Position numbers and translations under genes: made by a program
The notes under the pieces: model-generated
The model's database searches: none
Seen by the model: only the letters and a program-made list of their open reading frames with translations
What the model was told of the DNA's origin: nothing
NCBI GenBank assembly: GCA_046563655.1
Contig: CM102284.1
Span: forward strand, 6,262,001-6,326,000
From: Yuukianura sp. NJ FZ-2021
Taxonomy: Eukaryota
Direction of reading: 5' to 3'
Length of the DNA stretch: 64,000 bases
Shown here: piece by piece, positions 13,370 through 28,243 of the stretch
How the letters are laid out: the number at the start of each line of letters is the position of its first letter
How positions within the stretch are numbered: the stretch's first letter is position 1

Positions 13370-16300
13370 TTAGCAAAAATTAAGGTTCCGGCTAACTGTA
13401 TCTTCAAAAGTGAGAACGTAGTCATCCACAGACAAGTTTTTTACACAACCAATAAATCCAAGTTCAGATTGCTTTCGACCGACTTCAACCTCTTCGATTC
13501 CACCTACTCAGGAGAAAGCAAATTTTGAATTTTAAAAAGTTCGAAATTTGAAAACACTTTTTTCAATTGAAATTTCAAATTTTGACTGACCAATGAAAAC
13601 ACCGTCATGAATGTTAAAGTTACTCAGTTTTCCAGGAATGTAGTTCACAACCGGTTCGGCATTATCCACACTCACCCTCATCTCTTGCTCATTCCTGATT
13701 GCAATTCAGGAAATATATAAAATGTATTAATTATTATATATTATAATTGTATTATATATTGTATTATTATATTTTATTGTAACTTACCGTGTGACTACAA
13801 CGGAATGCCACTGATCATCATGAAGTCTTAGCTTTGCATACTTTATGAACTTGTATCCAGAGCCTAATGATATTGCGAGGTTGAGGTATCCATCTTGTAA
13901 ATATATTTTTAAGTAGTCGTTATTCACATGTTGGTTGTAGCTGGTGTAGAAAATTAAGCCACTGCTGTGACTTGTCTTCAAGTCCAAACTTAGTCTAAGC
14001 TTTGTCCCTTCAAATCTGAAATTTTGACACTTTAGTTGAAATTATGAAAATTTTCAAAAGTTTTGTTTTCGTTTTTACCGTTCCAGTATTTCTGGATCCA
14101 CAAACTTGATATAAGAGTCTCCCGTAAATTTCGGAATGTTGATGACACTCGTCGTTTGAATTTGTTGTGTACACTTGTAATTCGCCAAATCTGGAATGCA
14201 AAACCCGTTACGCCCGCACGGTTTGTTGTTGCACTCATGCTGACAGTTTTCTGAAATTCAAAATTTTGAAAAAGTGATTTCAAATTCAAAAAAGTTTTAT
14301 TTAATAAAAATTACCAATGTTAATTCCAATCAGAGCGGAGCCCATTAAGTTAACCAAGGCGTCGTTTACAAGAACCTAAATGAAAAATCAATTCTAAAAT
14401 ATGCAAATTTTGTTCAAAGTTCAAATCGTCAAAGCGTAGAACAAACATTTTGGAGAACAAAATCAACTAAAATTTTGAAATTTTAAATTTTACAGATTTC
14501 AAAATTCAAAAGTTCAAAAATTCTTACTTTTTGAATACATCCGTAGAATCCTGTGAAGATATTAATTTTATTGTTGACGAGCCACTCCGTATTTGGAATT
14601 CCTCCCAAGTACCAATTGTTGTCCAGAGTTAACTTGAAAATCAAAAAAAAAAAAAAAAATTGAAAATTTGAGAATTTCGAAATTTCAAAATATTCAGAGA
14701 AAGTTTAAAATTTTGCTTTCACCAAACCTGATTGAATGCTCCTGGAATGTGATTGCTTGAGCCGACTCCGTTGATCTCCAGATTAATTAATCTGGAACTA
14801 ATTGTGACAGAGATTTTGTGCCAAGTGTCGAGCCCCAGCTTGACCTGACTCTTGGCCACGCCCACTCCGTTCCCAAGGTCAGCATAGAACTCTACATAAC
14901 CTTGGTTGATCAAGAGACAAATGTAGTCTGTCATATCGGTATCCAAGTTTTCACGACCACTGTAGACGATTATGCCATCGTGAGACAGCGGATTCACAAC
15001 CAGGTCAAGGGTCAAGAACGTCGTAGTTCCACTTAGCAGTGACTTGTATTTCAAGTACGAAGTTTCATTAAAAAATGGAATCTGCAAAAAATCACAAATT
15101 TAGAAGCTTCCAATGCCTGCCTAACTGTTTGTTCATGCAGTATTTTCTAACTGAATTTTTTGAATAACTTTTTCGAAAAGCGTTGATGTGTAAAAAAAAA
15201 ATTCTAAATTCTTACCTGAACATCCACAAAAAGTTCACAACTTTTGCCAGAGTAGCCGAAGGGGCATGAGCACTCGTTACTCACACAAATCCCTCCTGGA
15301 ATTGGAAAGTTAAGATTCTATTATGTTATATCTTTAATGTATTATAATTAATTAATCGTGATTAATTAATTTTAATACCGTGAAGACACGAGCAACAGTT
15401 GGACACCGTGTCACTCAAGTAGTTTTCTTTGTTAATTAGCAACTTCCGAATTTGTCCACTGAAGTAGGGGTAGGTCAAGGACGTGTTGGCTCCACCCAGA
15501 AAGACAGGGATTCGAAATGTAATTCGAGAGAATAGGCCCTGCATTTTCAAAATTTTAAATTTCAAGGTCAAAGGTCAACTTTTCAAAATTTGAAATTAGT
15601 AGTTACTTGAGATTTCCCGTGATTGTAGTGGTAGTTGTTCAACTGGATCCAACCGTTCCACTTGTAGCGAATAATGTTAAGCGTATTCCATTCATTCAGA
15701 TTCACTTGATTCATGGATTTTATTATGCCAGGCCCCGTTCCACAGTCGTATCTGTTCAAACAGCAACATTTTTAGAACAACATTTCAAAATTTTCAAAAA
15801 CACTAAATTTTAAGTTTTCTAAAATAACGGCCTACGCAAACTCAAAGTCACTTGACGGTATTTTCTCTTTTTATGGAGAGTTTAGAACTTTTCAGGAGAA
15901 AGTTACTTTCTCCCTTTAGACTCTAATTTTAACTCTCTCGTGCGTAATTCCTGAATTGATTTTCAATGAATCACGGAATTTCATGAAAAATTCACAACCG
16001 AGAGCACCTTGACTCTAACAGGTTTTGACTCATGAGTCCGACTCTTGACTCTTTTGACTCACCTGAAGACGACATATCCATCTTCCAGAGAGATGATGAT
16101 GTAGTCGTTGATGAGTTCATATGACTCTCCGGTGAGAAGGAGGAGCCCTTCGGTCCTTAAGGGCTTAAACTCAATGTAGATGTTGTCATTGATGTAAGCA
16201 TTTGAAAGAATCGGAAGGACGACATAAGTCTCCGCAAAGGAGATGCAAGTGGAGTCAATTAGGTGGACATCGTCCAAACTCGTATACATTTGCTCAGTCC

Positions 16301-16840
16301 CCCCACTGCTCCCTCCCCCGTCACTCCCATTGTAGTAGTAGTTCTGCATCTCCTCAACTTCCTGCAACGGAAGCTGCGGTATGCTTTCACTCGAATTCGT
16401 AACTGGAAAGTACAAAAAACAAAACAAAAATTTACCAAAATTTTGAAACCGTGTTTCTTTAAAACTTGAATTTCACTTTCATGACTTTGCTTTAAAGTTT
16501 GACCTTGACCTTGACCTAGGTCAAATTGCACTTACGTAGGCAACTGTAGCCATCGATGGACAGGATGTAGGTGGGATGACAGTGACACTCGAAAGCATTA
16601 TCTGACAGTTCCGTGCACAACTGCAGGCAGGGATTGTTCGGTGCGGAGCATTTTCCTAAAAAAATAGTATATATTATATTTATATTAATTATTTCAGCAT
16701 TATTATTTTTAATATTTGTACAGCATACCTTGAAAGGCTGCTTCGAAGTGACTCAAACTTGTAACGTTGATGCTGATTGAAGAAGTTATGAAAAAAGTTA
16801 TTACGAACACGGTACAGCTCACATCCGTATGAAAAATCAT
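13370..16840 (-). CDS. Secreted EGF + laminin-G repeat protein (SP2353/pikachurin/EYS-like), multi-exon
   Basis: Signal-like N-terminus, then FEAAFQG-KC..PCLQLC..FECHC..DGYSC (EGF) and three LamG modules (IEFKPLRTEGLLLLTG; LVVNPLSHDGIIVYSG; DLKTSHSSGLIFY) separated by EGF-like cysteine patterns. Ends DTVSRNLNFC*. Confidence 0.8.
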
Positions 16841-18736
16841 GTTTCAAAATTTAGGTTTTTCAATCAATTCCAACAGTTACGCGTTTCCAAATATACTAAA
16901 CTATTGGAGAGAGTTCACTTTCACTCTGGTTTTCACAAAACTGAATTCATCAAGCAATGATTAGTGCAACAATTCTAGTCAATTAATCCAAAAGTGTTAA
17001 TTTTGCAAAGGTTAAAATGTTACTCTCACTTCTACTTCTAACTTCCCACATTCTTTATACCCCCAGTGCTTTCTTTCCTCGTGTAAAACAACGGAAACTT
17101 TCACTTGAGTGGAGACCAGTAGCAGAATGGTTTGGTTGGACTATGACTCTGGGCTAAGGTCTACTCGAAAGCAATTTATGGATTTTATTGATCAGAATCC
17201 GTTTGCTTCCTCTTCCACCAGTCGCCTTTCTTCGACTTTCTCCGGAAAACTTTCACCAAAAACCAAAGCTAACTTTTCCCTCCTTTCCATACAGTGGACC
17301 TGTGGCCCTCTAAGGTTAGTTCCTGTTAGTGTCCCCTCCCTTGTGCCTCTGGATAATGATCCTGGAAGGGGTTGTCGGGGTGCTTAAGCCACTTTAACAC
17401 AAAGACAACACACCCACAACTGAAAGTGAGAAGGCACACTTTGTCTCGTTCCTGCCCCACCAAGCTTTCCCTGCCCAAAATCACTCGGGGAAACCCTTGC
17501 TAAGGAAATTTAGCCCAGCTAGGGTCAATTCTAACTTCAAATTGACCCTTAAGGGTTAACGGAAAGACTTAGACGTATTTCCATTTAGAAAGAATGAGCA
17601 TAAGTGCCCTTAAGTACCTGCCATTAGGGTTATGTTAGGGTAAAAGCTATAAAAGAAACGTGATTTCTTAGATGCATTCTTGTAGTGAAAGGCTAGACTT
17701 TCACTCGGGAATGAACAAGACGCGATGACGTCACGTTAGGCCTTGCTCACTAGACTTTTGCTTACTCACGCGAGTAGTATCGGATGTCTAGTTGATTCTA
17801 AGGTGAAAATAGCAAAGGGCAATGCCCTTTCCACAGCTCTGACAAATGTCAAAGGTCACTCAAACTACAAAATGCATCCAAAATGTGTGTAATGTATAGT
17901 AATAAACTAATTTTCAAACGAAAATCTTACATAACCAAAAAACAAGCTCGAAAACAGGTCAACTTTCTCCAGTTAACAGGTAGGAGAAAAGTGACAAATT
18001 TTTGAATTCTGATGAAAAAAATACGACAGAGGTCAAAGGTCAAGATTTGAATATTTTTAGAGGAAAACGTAATGTTTGCACATATTTTTAAAAAGTGAAA
18101 GTTACTCTTACAAAACTTGTTTTAATGAGCTTTTATTAATTCCCATTTTATAATTAATTATTATTATAAAATGTGTTCCTCCTCGTGGTGAATTTTAGTG
18201 AAAACAGGATTTTCTCTCTTTTCACTACAATTCTTGTTAGTTTTTGATTCTAACAATTGTTTTAATTAGAAATTAGAACAGATGAGGAGGAGTTTGTCAA
18301 TTAGTCAATGCTTAAACTTCCTTTTGCATCCCAACCTGCAATTGTGGCTCTGGATTGGGAAGTATAACAACTTAAGGACGATTTCTTCAAGTTCTTCTTA
18401 ATATTGGGAACAATATTTGGGTTTGTGGGCAGTACAGAAAAGGGAAATTGAAGGCGGCAGCAGCAGAGCTTTCTCTTGTTCTTATAAGGAAAAGGGCACA
18501 GGCAGAGGTTTGGTTCCATTATTTCATTATTACAAACCAAAAACGAAAAAAACAATTAAAAAGAGGACAATAATTAAAAACGAAGATAAATGATTTGTTG
18601 ACAAAAAAAATCTGACGACGTTACTAATAAAATTTTAGCTTATTAGAGCTTTTTATGGTAGTATTATATAAAAAACGCAGGGAAGTGATGATGATAAGAT
18701 TAGATTTTTGCTTTCTCTTCTTTTGTTGTTTGATTC

Positions 18737-19975
18737 CTAAAGAATTGTACATTTCCATCGTCGTCCACCACCACTTCCAGGACGTCTTCGTTCTCTACCG
18801 CGTTTATCTTTCTGGAAAAATCAAATCAAATTGTTAGTTTTTGGAATGCACAATCGAGGGTGGAGGTTTTAAATTAAATCAAAAAATAAATAAAATAAAA
18901 AGTAATTGAATAAGTACTGATTGCCGATGAGACTTGTTGCAGCTTACTTCTTTTCTAATTTCTCTAACTAGGGTATAAAATGCTTCATCCACGCCCATCC
19001 TTGTCTTGGCAGAAGTCTCAACAAATGGGATTGAATATGACTTGGCTAACTCTCGAGCTTCTGTCATCCGTACACTCCGTGTGTGTAAATCACATTTATT
19101 CCCTACCACTGAAAACAGACAAAACACAAACGTTAACATAACAATCGACACTTGTTACACTCACATACAAGTCACTTGTCACTTGTGTGTGAGTGTGGCA
19201 TGACCTTTGAATGACTCAATGTGACCAAAATGATATAGAAATCGTAAGAAACCGATTTAAGTACTTACAGACCATAGGAACATCGTCCGAATCCTTAACT
19301 CGCTTAATTTGTTCTCTATACATGTTAATATCTTCAAAGGATTTTGAATTATTTACTGCAAACACCAATAGAAACCCTTCTCCGGTTCTCATGTATTGAT
19401 CTCTCATGGCACTGGAACGAACAAACACAATTCATGAGTGGTATGTCCAGGATGGACGTCATGGACTTAATGATTTTCAGTTAATCAGAAGCTAACCTGT
19501 ATTCCTCTTGTCCAGCTGTATCTAAGATGTCCAGTAAGCAGGTCTCACCATCGATAACAACTTGCTTTCTGTATGAATCCTCAATTGTTGGATCATATTC
19601 GTCAACAAAACTGAAATCAACAAAGGAGATCCACGTGAGAAGTTAGAACACATAATACATCGTCAATTAATCCTTCCGATTAATCCGGAGTGCAGTAATT
19701 TAGCAATTGACAGGAGGGTACTTACTGATTCTGAATTAGTTGTATTGTCAAGGCACTCTTGCCTACGCCTCCCGCTACAGAAATCACAAGATGATGTCAA
19801 ATTAGCACCATGTAAATATTGGAACAAACCAAAATGTCAAATGTCTCTCTTGGTCACGTGACCTCTGAGGGTCAAGGGGACCATCCCCGAAGTACCCAAT
19901 GTCAGGAATGTTTAGTTTTTATAACAAAAAAGACAATCCCTTACCTCCAACAACTACCAACTTGTACTCGGTCAT
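18737..19975 (-). CDS. Ras85D: Canonical Ras GTPase (Ras85D/K-Ras type), multi-exon
   Basis: [26 protein letters not shown]|..[60 protein letters not shown]. Polybasic tail [14 protein letters not shown] followed by CAAX box CTIL*. Confidence 0.97.
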
Positions 19976-20803
19976 TATTATAGTGAGAAGGGCCCTGGGT
20001 TGACCCCAGATCCTTGGTGAGCTGCAAACAACTGGGTGAAGACAAGATTTGTAGAAACTAGTCCAATTAGTTGTTAATAATTTAATTGGAATTGGTTGTT
20101 AATAGTTGGACGTGTGAGTTTAAAATGGGCAAAGAGGGGATAGGCGATATAATGGGAAGGAGACAAGACAAGAGAGACCACTCCAAAAGAGATCATCACC
20201 TACAGCCCCTTATACCAACTCCTCCCTATACCCACTCCACTTTCTCTTTAGTTTAACAGTCTGCGACACTCCACAAAGTTAAGGCTCGTCTGGGTCTAGA
20301 CAGTCTGTGACACATGTAGGAGTCAAGGGTCAAGAGCCCTTGAGGTCAACGTGTTGCTCCCCCCAAGGAAGGGTAATACGTAGAAATGTCGTCCCTGCCA
20401 GAATACGGAAGCCAAGTTTTACGCTAGAAAAGTTCAAGAGTTGTATAAAGCAAAAACAGCGTTGAATATAATTTATTTTTGAAATTTACGGAAGGATGGG
20501 CAACGATCACCTTGTAAGCAGTCGTTCGTAACCCAGTTACACTATTAACAGTTACGTTAATCACTTTCTACGTTAATTTGTAGAGGCGTGGAGTAACACT
20601 AAAGGCGCATCAATCTTGTCCTCATGAGACAAACCGCAGTTCTTTCGATATGATGTTGAAGTCTTCTTATAAATTTTAACGAGTCGTCGTCCCATTTCAT
20701 AGCTTCGTCTTCGTCTATTATTCAATTGTTCAAAAACTCGTGCAGTAGATGTTGAAAAGATTTGTGTTCTTTGGAATTGTAGTTGTAGTTATTGGATTTT
20801 GGA

Positions 20804-21738
<935 letters not shown>

Positions 21739-23080
21739 TTCTAATTTTGTAGTTATTGCCTAGTATGTATGGCACCGCTTGGAGTGATCAAATGTAAACG
21801 TTGAATTTGCTTATTGGAATGACTGGACTAGCCACGAAAACTCTGGTCGCCGACCGATTAGAAAGTTCGGCTCAGGTGCATTCAATACGTCACTGGACAA
21901 TACTGGACAATGGACCACCTAAAATGAAGATCTCTGAAAATCAAATCACAAAAAGAGAAATTACACCAGTGTTCCCATCCGGAAACTCAAATTCAAAATT
22001 GTGAAAACACTAAAGTACCTTTTACATACAAACAATTACGAATTAGATTGACAGTGACACTATGTTGCACACATGACTAATGTCAATGTGAATGAGGAAA
22101 GTCCCAATTACGTAATAGCATGAGTTGAATCAAAAATCTCTCGCGATATGACTGTCTACAAGTCTTTATAAAAAGTTGTCTTCACTTACCATACAAAACA
22201 AGTCCCTCAAAGGATAAAAGATAATCGTTTCGTGGTGACAAAAGTAACACTTTCGTAAATTTTGTATAACGCAGTCTCCTATGGAACTTCAAACAACTTA
22301 ACACCTAATAAGACCAACTAAATTAACGTTAACTTAATTAATCAATACTTTTCCGGTGAACTTCCGGCGGATTGGCCGTTGAAAAAGTAAAACAAAAAAT
22401 TTCTGCTGAAATTGTATCAATTCAAAAAAAATCACTCCAATTGTTATGTAAATTTCAAATCCCTCCAATTTGAATTTTTCCGCGCTTTTCTCTTTTGACA
22501 CAAAAAAGTGACGCCACGCGTGACCCTCTTATGAACATCAAATTTTGAAGCTCGACGTCGTTCGAAAAAAAAGTTTTTGATTTCTTGGTTTGAATTTCAA
22601 ATTATTTTTTATAATAATTCATTTAATTATTTTATTATATTTTTGTGAAATACATTTATATTTTTTTATTTTTTTTTTACTACGATGAGAGTCTGTGTGG
22701 TGCAGATTATAAAAAAGTGTGAAATTATAAGACGTTCAGCTGCAAAAATTTATTTTGGATTTGGTAAATAATAATAATGTAATATTAACAATGAATTTAT
22801 TTTAATAAACACTGACTAATTATAATTTAATTAAAATCATCGTTCTTATTTTGCATTTCATAAAATTCGACACTCTTCAGCTTCTGTCCACTTTCCATAT
22901 ATTTAGTATTATAATTAAATATTTTATAGTAAACTAATTAAAATTGAGACTATAAAGAGATCATTTGGAGTAAACTTGCCCAAAAAAGTACCGTAAATCC
23001 TCTATCATAAAAACATTGACCAATATAACCCCGTATAACTCAACCCGCACTTAAGAAATTGGATTGAATTTGAGCCTCTT

Positions 23081-23148
23081 TTCCATTATTTCAAAATTCC
23101 ATTTTCAAAATCCATTTTCAAAAATTCCATTTTCAAAATCATTCCATT
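23081..23148. repeat. Short tandem repeat, ~14-bp unit TTCCATTTTCAAAA, ~4.5 copies
   Basis: Directly visible tandem copies in the intergenic region between vein and Arf6. Confidence 0.75.
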
Positions 23149-23545
23149 ATGTAATGTGTAGTTATGTAGTTTTCTCTCGTCCATATTCAATAGTAAAAGT
23201 TTATGCTTCAAAAAGTTTAGGAACTTTAAAGAGACTCTTGATCTTGTCGTCGACTAGATAACAAAAAGAAATCCGTAATTCTAAAAACAGAGAATTGGTG
23301 AGTGTTAATTGATGCAATTGGAGAGTTAACAAATTGCAACAAAGACGCAACAAGGGAAAGGGAGAGCACAAGGTTGTTGAGGAACAGAAGAGACTTCAAG
23401 GAACCACCACTCCGGACACTTATTGTTCAGACGTCAGTCAACTGCCACCTAAGGACCAAAGAATACAGTAAGTACTGAGGTCAAAGGTCAAAGGTCAATG
23501 ACCTCTCACCTCCAATTAGCGGCCTTTTGTCTTTAGGACTCAGTC

Positions 23546-26500
23546 TCATGTACAAGGGTAGTAGGTACTTGGGTAGTAGTTGCCCAGACACAGTGGGATG
23601 TACACTCCAGAACTAGCTCCGTTCCTCGTGGACACTTCCTTGATGGAACAGCGTGACCCCTTGTACCCTTGAGGGCACTCACATACGTACTCACTGATGC
23701 TTTCGTAGTAACTACAAGTCCCTCCATTTAAACAGTAAGTGTCGTAAGGACAAGTAGTACTCTGGATGGGCCACAAGGTACTGGCAGTTGTACCTGAAAA
23801 CAATCAAAAATGTAACAAATATTTAAATCCGGATTTTTGTTCCGGATTTTTCACGGATTCGGATTCTTCCAAGTCCGAATTTGAAAAACATTGAATCCGG
23901 ATTTTTGCGGATTTTTAGTCCCATTCTCCCATTTGAGGGTATAGAAAATTAGGAAATCGACATCAAAAATCAAAAAATTGTGGTTAAATAAAAATTATTT
24001 CCTAGCCAAATTTTAGAAAAACGAGTGTTCTTGATGTCTGTTGTGAACGTTTTTGGGTGTCAGGGTTGTAAAACCAACGTTGTTGGTAGTTTTGAAAAAC
24101 CAAAAAATATTTCTCATTGCTAATCGCATGTGTTAATTTGTTCTGAAAACCGGATTTCAGATTCAAAATCCGTCAAAATCCAAAATCCGGATTTCAGATT
24201 TCAAAACCCGTCAAAATCCGGAATCCGGATTTCAAGAAATCGCGGACGGATTTACGCCCCTACTAGGAAGAGACTTGAAGGGTCTCACCTAAGTTCTTTT
24301 GGTGACTCGTTACCCTGACTACGCGGATCAGATCAGATGAGGATCCAAAGGAATTGTGGACTTGACACCGATAGAGACCAACGTCTGCCTCCGAAGGGTT
24401 CCGGACGATGAGGACAGACTGCTTCCTAAAAGAAAACAAGACTATAAGTTAGTGTTGACAGATTTAGTAGGTTGAGGCTAAGAACGTAGTTGAGGGTGCT
24501 ACTGGTGGGGTTGTGTCAATGGGGTCATTTCTCATGGTCACATGAAGACAGAATCCAGAAATTAAGGAAATTGCAAATGTCACTCATCATCTAACGGAGT
24601 CAGCCAAAACGAAGCTGTGAGAACGCACGAAATGGTCGTTACCCTTACAATTCCACTCAAAAAAGTTTCCAATGCTATGAATATCTTCAACTAACAAGAA
24701 AAATAACAACGTCTCACTTCCATAATTTTCAGTTTAGAAAAAAATGAGCTTAGAAAAAACTGGCTCATTTTTTGAAACAGAAAAATAATGGGACAGACTA
24801 CTTTTCTCTTGTACTAAAAACAGAGTTGAGACACCTGCTTAAAAACGGAACAGTTTCTTAGAAAACTTGTCAAATTTTGAAAATTCTAAACATTTTGAAA
24901 CAATTCTCAAGAAAAAATGCATTTCAAAAAACATCTTCTCGATTTCGTAAAACATAGATTTTCAAAGAAAAGTGAAAACGAAGCTAAACAGCTTGACTTC
25001 GAAAGTTCGAAAACACTGAAGTTTTCAAAAAGCAATTTTTTACGGAATCTGACTCTGGGATGAATTTTTTTTTCGAAATCTTAATCTTTGCTTTTCAGCG
25101 TACCTTTTTAATACCAGTGTTGATTGAGTTTTCTTGTTAAAAATTTGTCTTTCCATTTTAAACTCGTCTTTTTTTAAATTTTTATAAAAAAAAAACCGTT
25201 TTTGAAAAGTACAGCCAATGCCAATGCTCTCTCTCTAGACTTTTGAGAAGAAGAAGGAAAACAGAGATTGAAATTGACAGAAAAAGTATTAGAAAATAAA
25301 TATGTCCCAAGAGTAGAATTCTAGAATTTGTTAAGAAAACGGAGAATAAAAAATTGGCCAAGGGAAAAACCATTACGATGATTGATTTCATTCCATATAA
25401 TTCCAAAACCACTAACATTTTCTCTAGCTTCTCTCTATATAACGTTCTAGCTCTCTTCTAAAAATCGGATTGCATTAAAACACGAACCGTTTTTTTGAAA
25501 AAGCAAAAAAAGTTTCTAAAAGAAGACAGGGAAGGATATTCTCTTTTGAGAGATCTTGTTCTTAAGTGAAGGGAAAAGATGAAGTGATGAAGAAGTAAAA
25601 GTCGGACGCTTGTGCCAATTTTTCCTTCCACTACGAACTAGCTTCTTCCTTTTTTATTATTAACAGTTTATTAACCCTAAAAATATCCAGATGTACTTAA
25701 TCCCTAAGCATCTAAATTCTCCCTGCATCTCTGCACAAGATCTTCACGACAAGTGGAAGTCTCCAAATGCGCCAAAATACTCCACTTCCACTTCCCTTCT
25801 TCAAAAACCAAGTGATGATGATGGTGATCATTGCAATTCCCTTGCTGGTGCAACAACGTTGTCTATTTTTTGAAATTTTTAAACACAAACAACCACTAGA
25901 CGAACACTCATTCCTCACTTTCAAAGAAACTAAAAATTATTGAGTACTTGTACCAAGTGGTACCGTAAAAATTAACACCTAACAAAATGACTCACTTTTA
26001 CAACTCAAATTTTCAGAAACAATTTTACAGTGAAAGTAAACAAAAGTTGTAAACGAGCATTAAAATTTTACATCACACAATCAAAACTTTATGCCAAAAA
26101 CACAAAATTTTACATCAGAAACACAAATTTCTGTCTTCAAAATCGCGAAAAAATTTTAACAGCAGAATAAGATGATTTTTTAGAATTCTGATAAATTCGT
26201 CAATCTGAATTTAACTGAAATGTAACAAAACTAAATTTTCTCAGATTTGGAAAATTTAAAAATCTTGAAAAGCCAAATGCGATTGCCGTTTTGTCTTTCA
26301 AGATAAATTTGAAATGTCTGTATTTTGAAATTTTGGAATCTCGAAGAAAAATTGAACTCAGAATTTGTAAGTTGGAAGTTGTGACGTTTGTGGTTTAGGA
26401 AAAGTCATACAACATTTAATTTTGGCGACTAAGACAAAATTAAACGATTTCCGTCTGTTCTGTTTCTAAAAAATTTCCATTTTCTTGTACATTCCTAAAA

Positions 26501-28243
26501 TTTCAAAAAAAACGAAACCCGTGTTGAGAAACAGAAAAGCTTAAAGTTGTGCCAAAACCATGAAGACATGTAATAGTAAATAAATCTCAAAATCCAATTT
26601 AGAATTGAACTGTTGTGGTGGTGGTTGGACAGAAAACAAAATCGAAAAAGCCTAAAAAACTGAAAGTAGTTTGAGTAGTGTGGTGTGTTTAGTACCTTTT
26701 TATCCGTAATCTGTAGCGAGTGTTGGTACTAAAGTTAATTAGTTGGTTGTTCTTGTACCACTTGATGGTAGGAACAGGATTTCCAAAGCGTAGTTTACAG
26801 TGGAGTCGCAACCGCCTTGGTCCTTTAGGATCTATCGTTACTTGCTTCACTGTCGCTTCTACCAGTGGTGATTGACCTGTTCGTAAAAAAACATCATCAA
26901 TCAACCACACTTTCACTCAGAAAACAAACAAAACAAAGTCACAAATCTAACAAAAAAAAAACCCTAACTCTAGTTCGCAGTTTGCTTTCACCACTTTATG
27001 ATAACAAAAATGGAAACTCGTGAAAAAATGAACTTGTGCTATGACTTTTTCTTATTTACTTTCGAAATTTTGCAAAACAACTGAACGTTATTTTTCAAAA
27101 TTTGTTATGCGGAGCGGTTTGAATATTTAGCGAGAAAAAAATTGATATTTTTGCTTGAAAAATATAATTAAAACCTTGTTTTTAAAGTTGCATAATTTGC
27201 GGGAGTAAACAAAGATTTTCAAAATTTTAGTTCAGATTGATCAACCCTCGGTGACCTTTTGACCTCATTTTGTAGTGAGGGAGGCACAAAAGCTGAAATT
27301 TTGCAATTTTGTTACTCCAAAAATATTTTTAAACATGTTGCACAAAATAAACTCAAAATAGAAAGAAGTCTAGGCCTTAACTGTTTCTACAGTTTCAACT
27401 AAAATAGGAAAGTTTTAGAAAAAATCACCGTAGAAAAAAGTTCGAAAAAGTAATTTCTGAAATCTAGCAAACATCCATCTCTAAACTTAAAATCCGGGAA
27501 ATTTTGAAAAACATAATATGTATTTAGTTCAAAATACATTAGGTTAGGGACGTACCACACCCATCACATAGTATGCTCTGGATTCCTCTAGTATTTTTCC
27601 TATTGATGAGTTCTGGAGTGAACATCGGAAGGAACTGATTGTTTCCCACTTTGTTTATGAAGACATAGTACTTTCTCCCTGTTTTCACATTAACTCTCGG
27701 TAGACACTGTGTAGACGTTAGGCGACGACCTCTTCTCGGCCTTAGCAGGCCACTGTCACCCCCCGAGGCGGTGGCATTTGGGACACTAGGACTCTCTCCA
27801 GAAACAGCAGCAGGAGCTTCGTCCACTATAAACTGAAGGCGGAGTTGCTTCCTCTTGAGAAGTCCTGGAGCAGACCCCTTAAGGAGCTTCACAAGGTCAA
27901 AGGTCACTCCATAAATCCCATTGGAATGGACTTCACTCTTGGAACGAGCCACGGACTCAAAGACTATAGGAGACTCAAAGGCCTTGACTGAAATGTCGAC
28001 GGGGTAGACGAAGGAGCCGTTGACCTCTTCTGAGCCACCGTCGCTGGTCCCACCACTGCACCCACCGCGTCCTTCCATGAAGTTTCTGGTGGCTCCACTT
28101 GCTAGTCCTGAAGAGGTGGGGAATGATGCTGAAATGGGGAGGGAGAGGGTGGGACCGTGGAGTTGGAGCACAATGAGCCACAACAGGAGGAACAATGATA
28201 CAAAAAAGGATGGATCCAGCAGATGACGGGTCATCCTTGACAT
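23546..28243 (-). CDS. vn: Secreted neuregulin-like EGFR ligand (vein): signal peptide, N-terminal domain, Ig, EGF. Exons ~28243-27556, 26877-26696, 24424-24289, 23793-23546
   Basis: Hydrophobic signal (FFVSLFLLLWLIVLQL), Ig domain (LRLHCKLRFGNPVPTIKWYKN...DVGLYRCQVHNSFG) and EGF (CPYDTYCLNGGTC..VCECPQGYKGSRC). No TM segment before the stop codon. Confidence 0.85.
23824..24263. mobile_element. Probable non-autonomous DNA-transposon (MITE) remnant in a vein intron
   Basis: Two clusters of palindromic AAATCCGGATTT / ATCCG subrepeats (~23824-23915 and ~24147-24255). The right end reads ...TTTACGCCCCTA (TAGGGGCG on the minus strand). No clear left TIR or TSD. Confidence 0.45.

Noticed and set aside
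18301-18555. Possible alternative Ras terminal exon (NKRKLCCC...)
   Set aside because: It does not end in a CAAX box and lies in the presumptive 3'UTR after a complete CTIL* exon.
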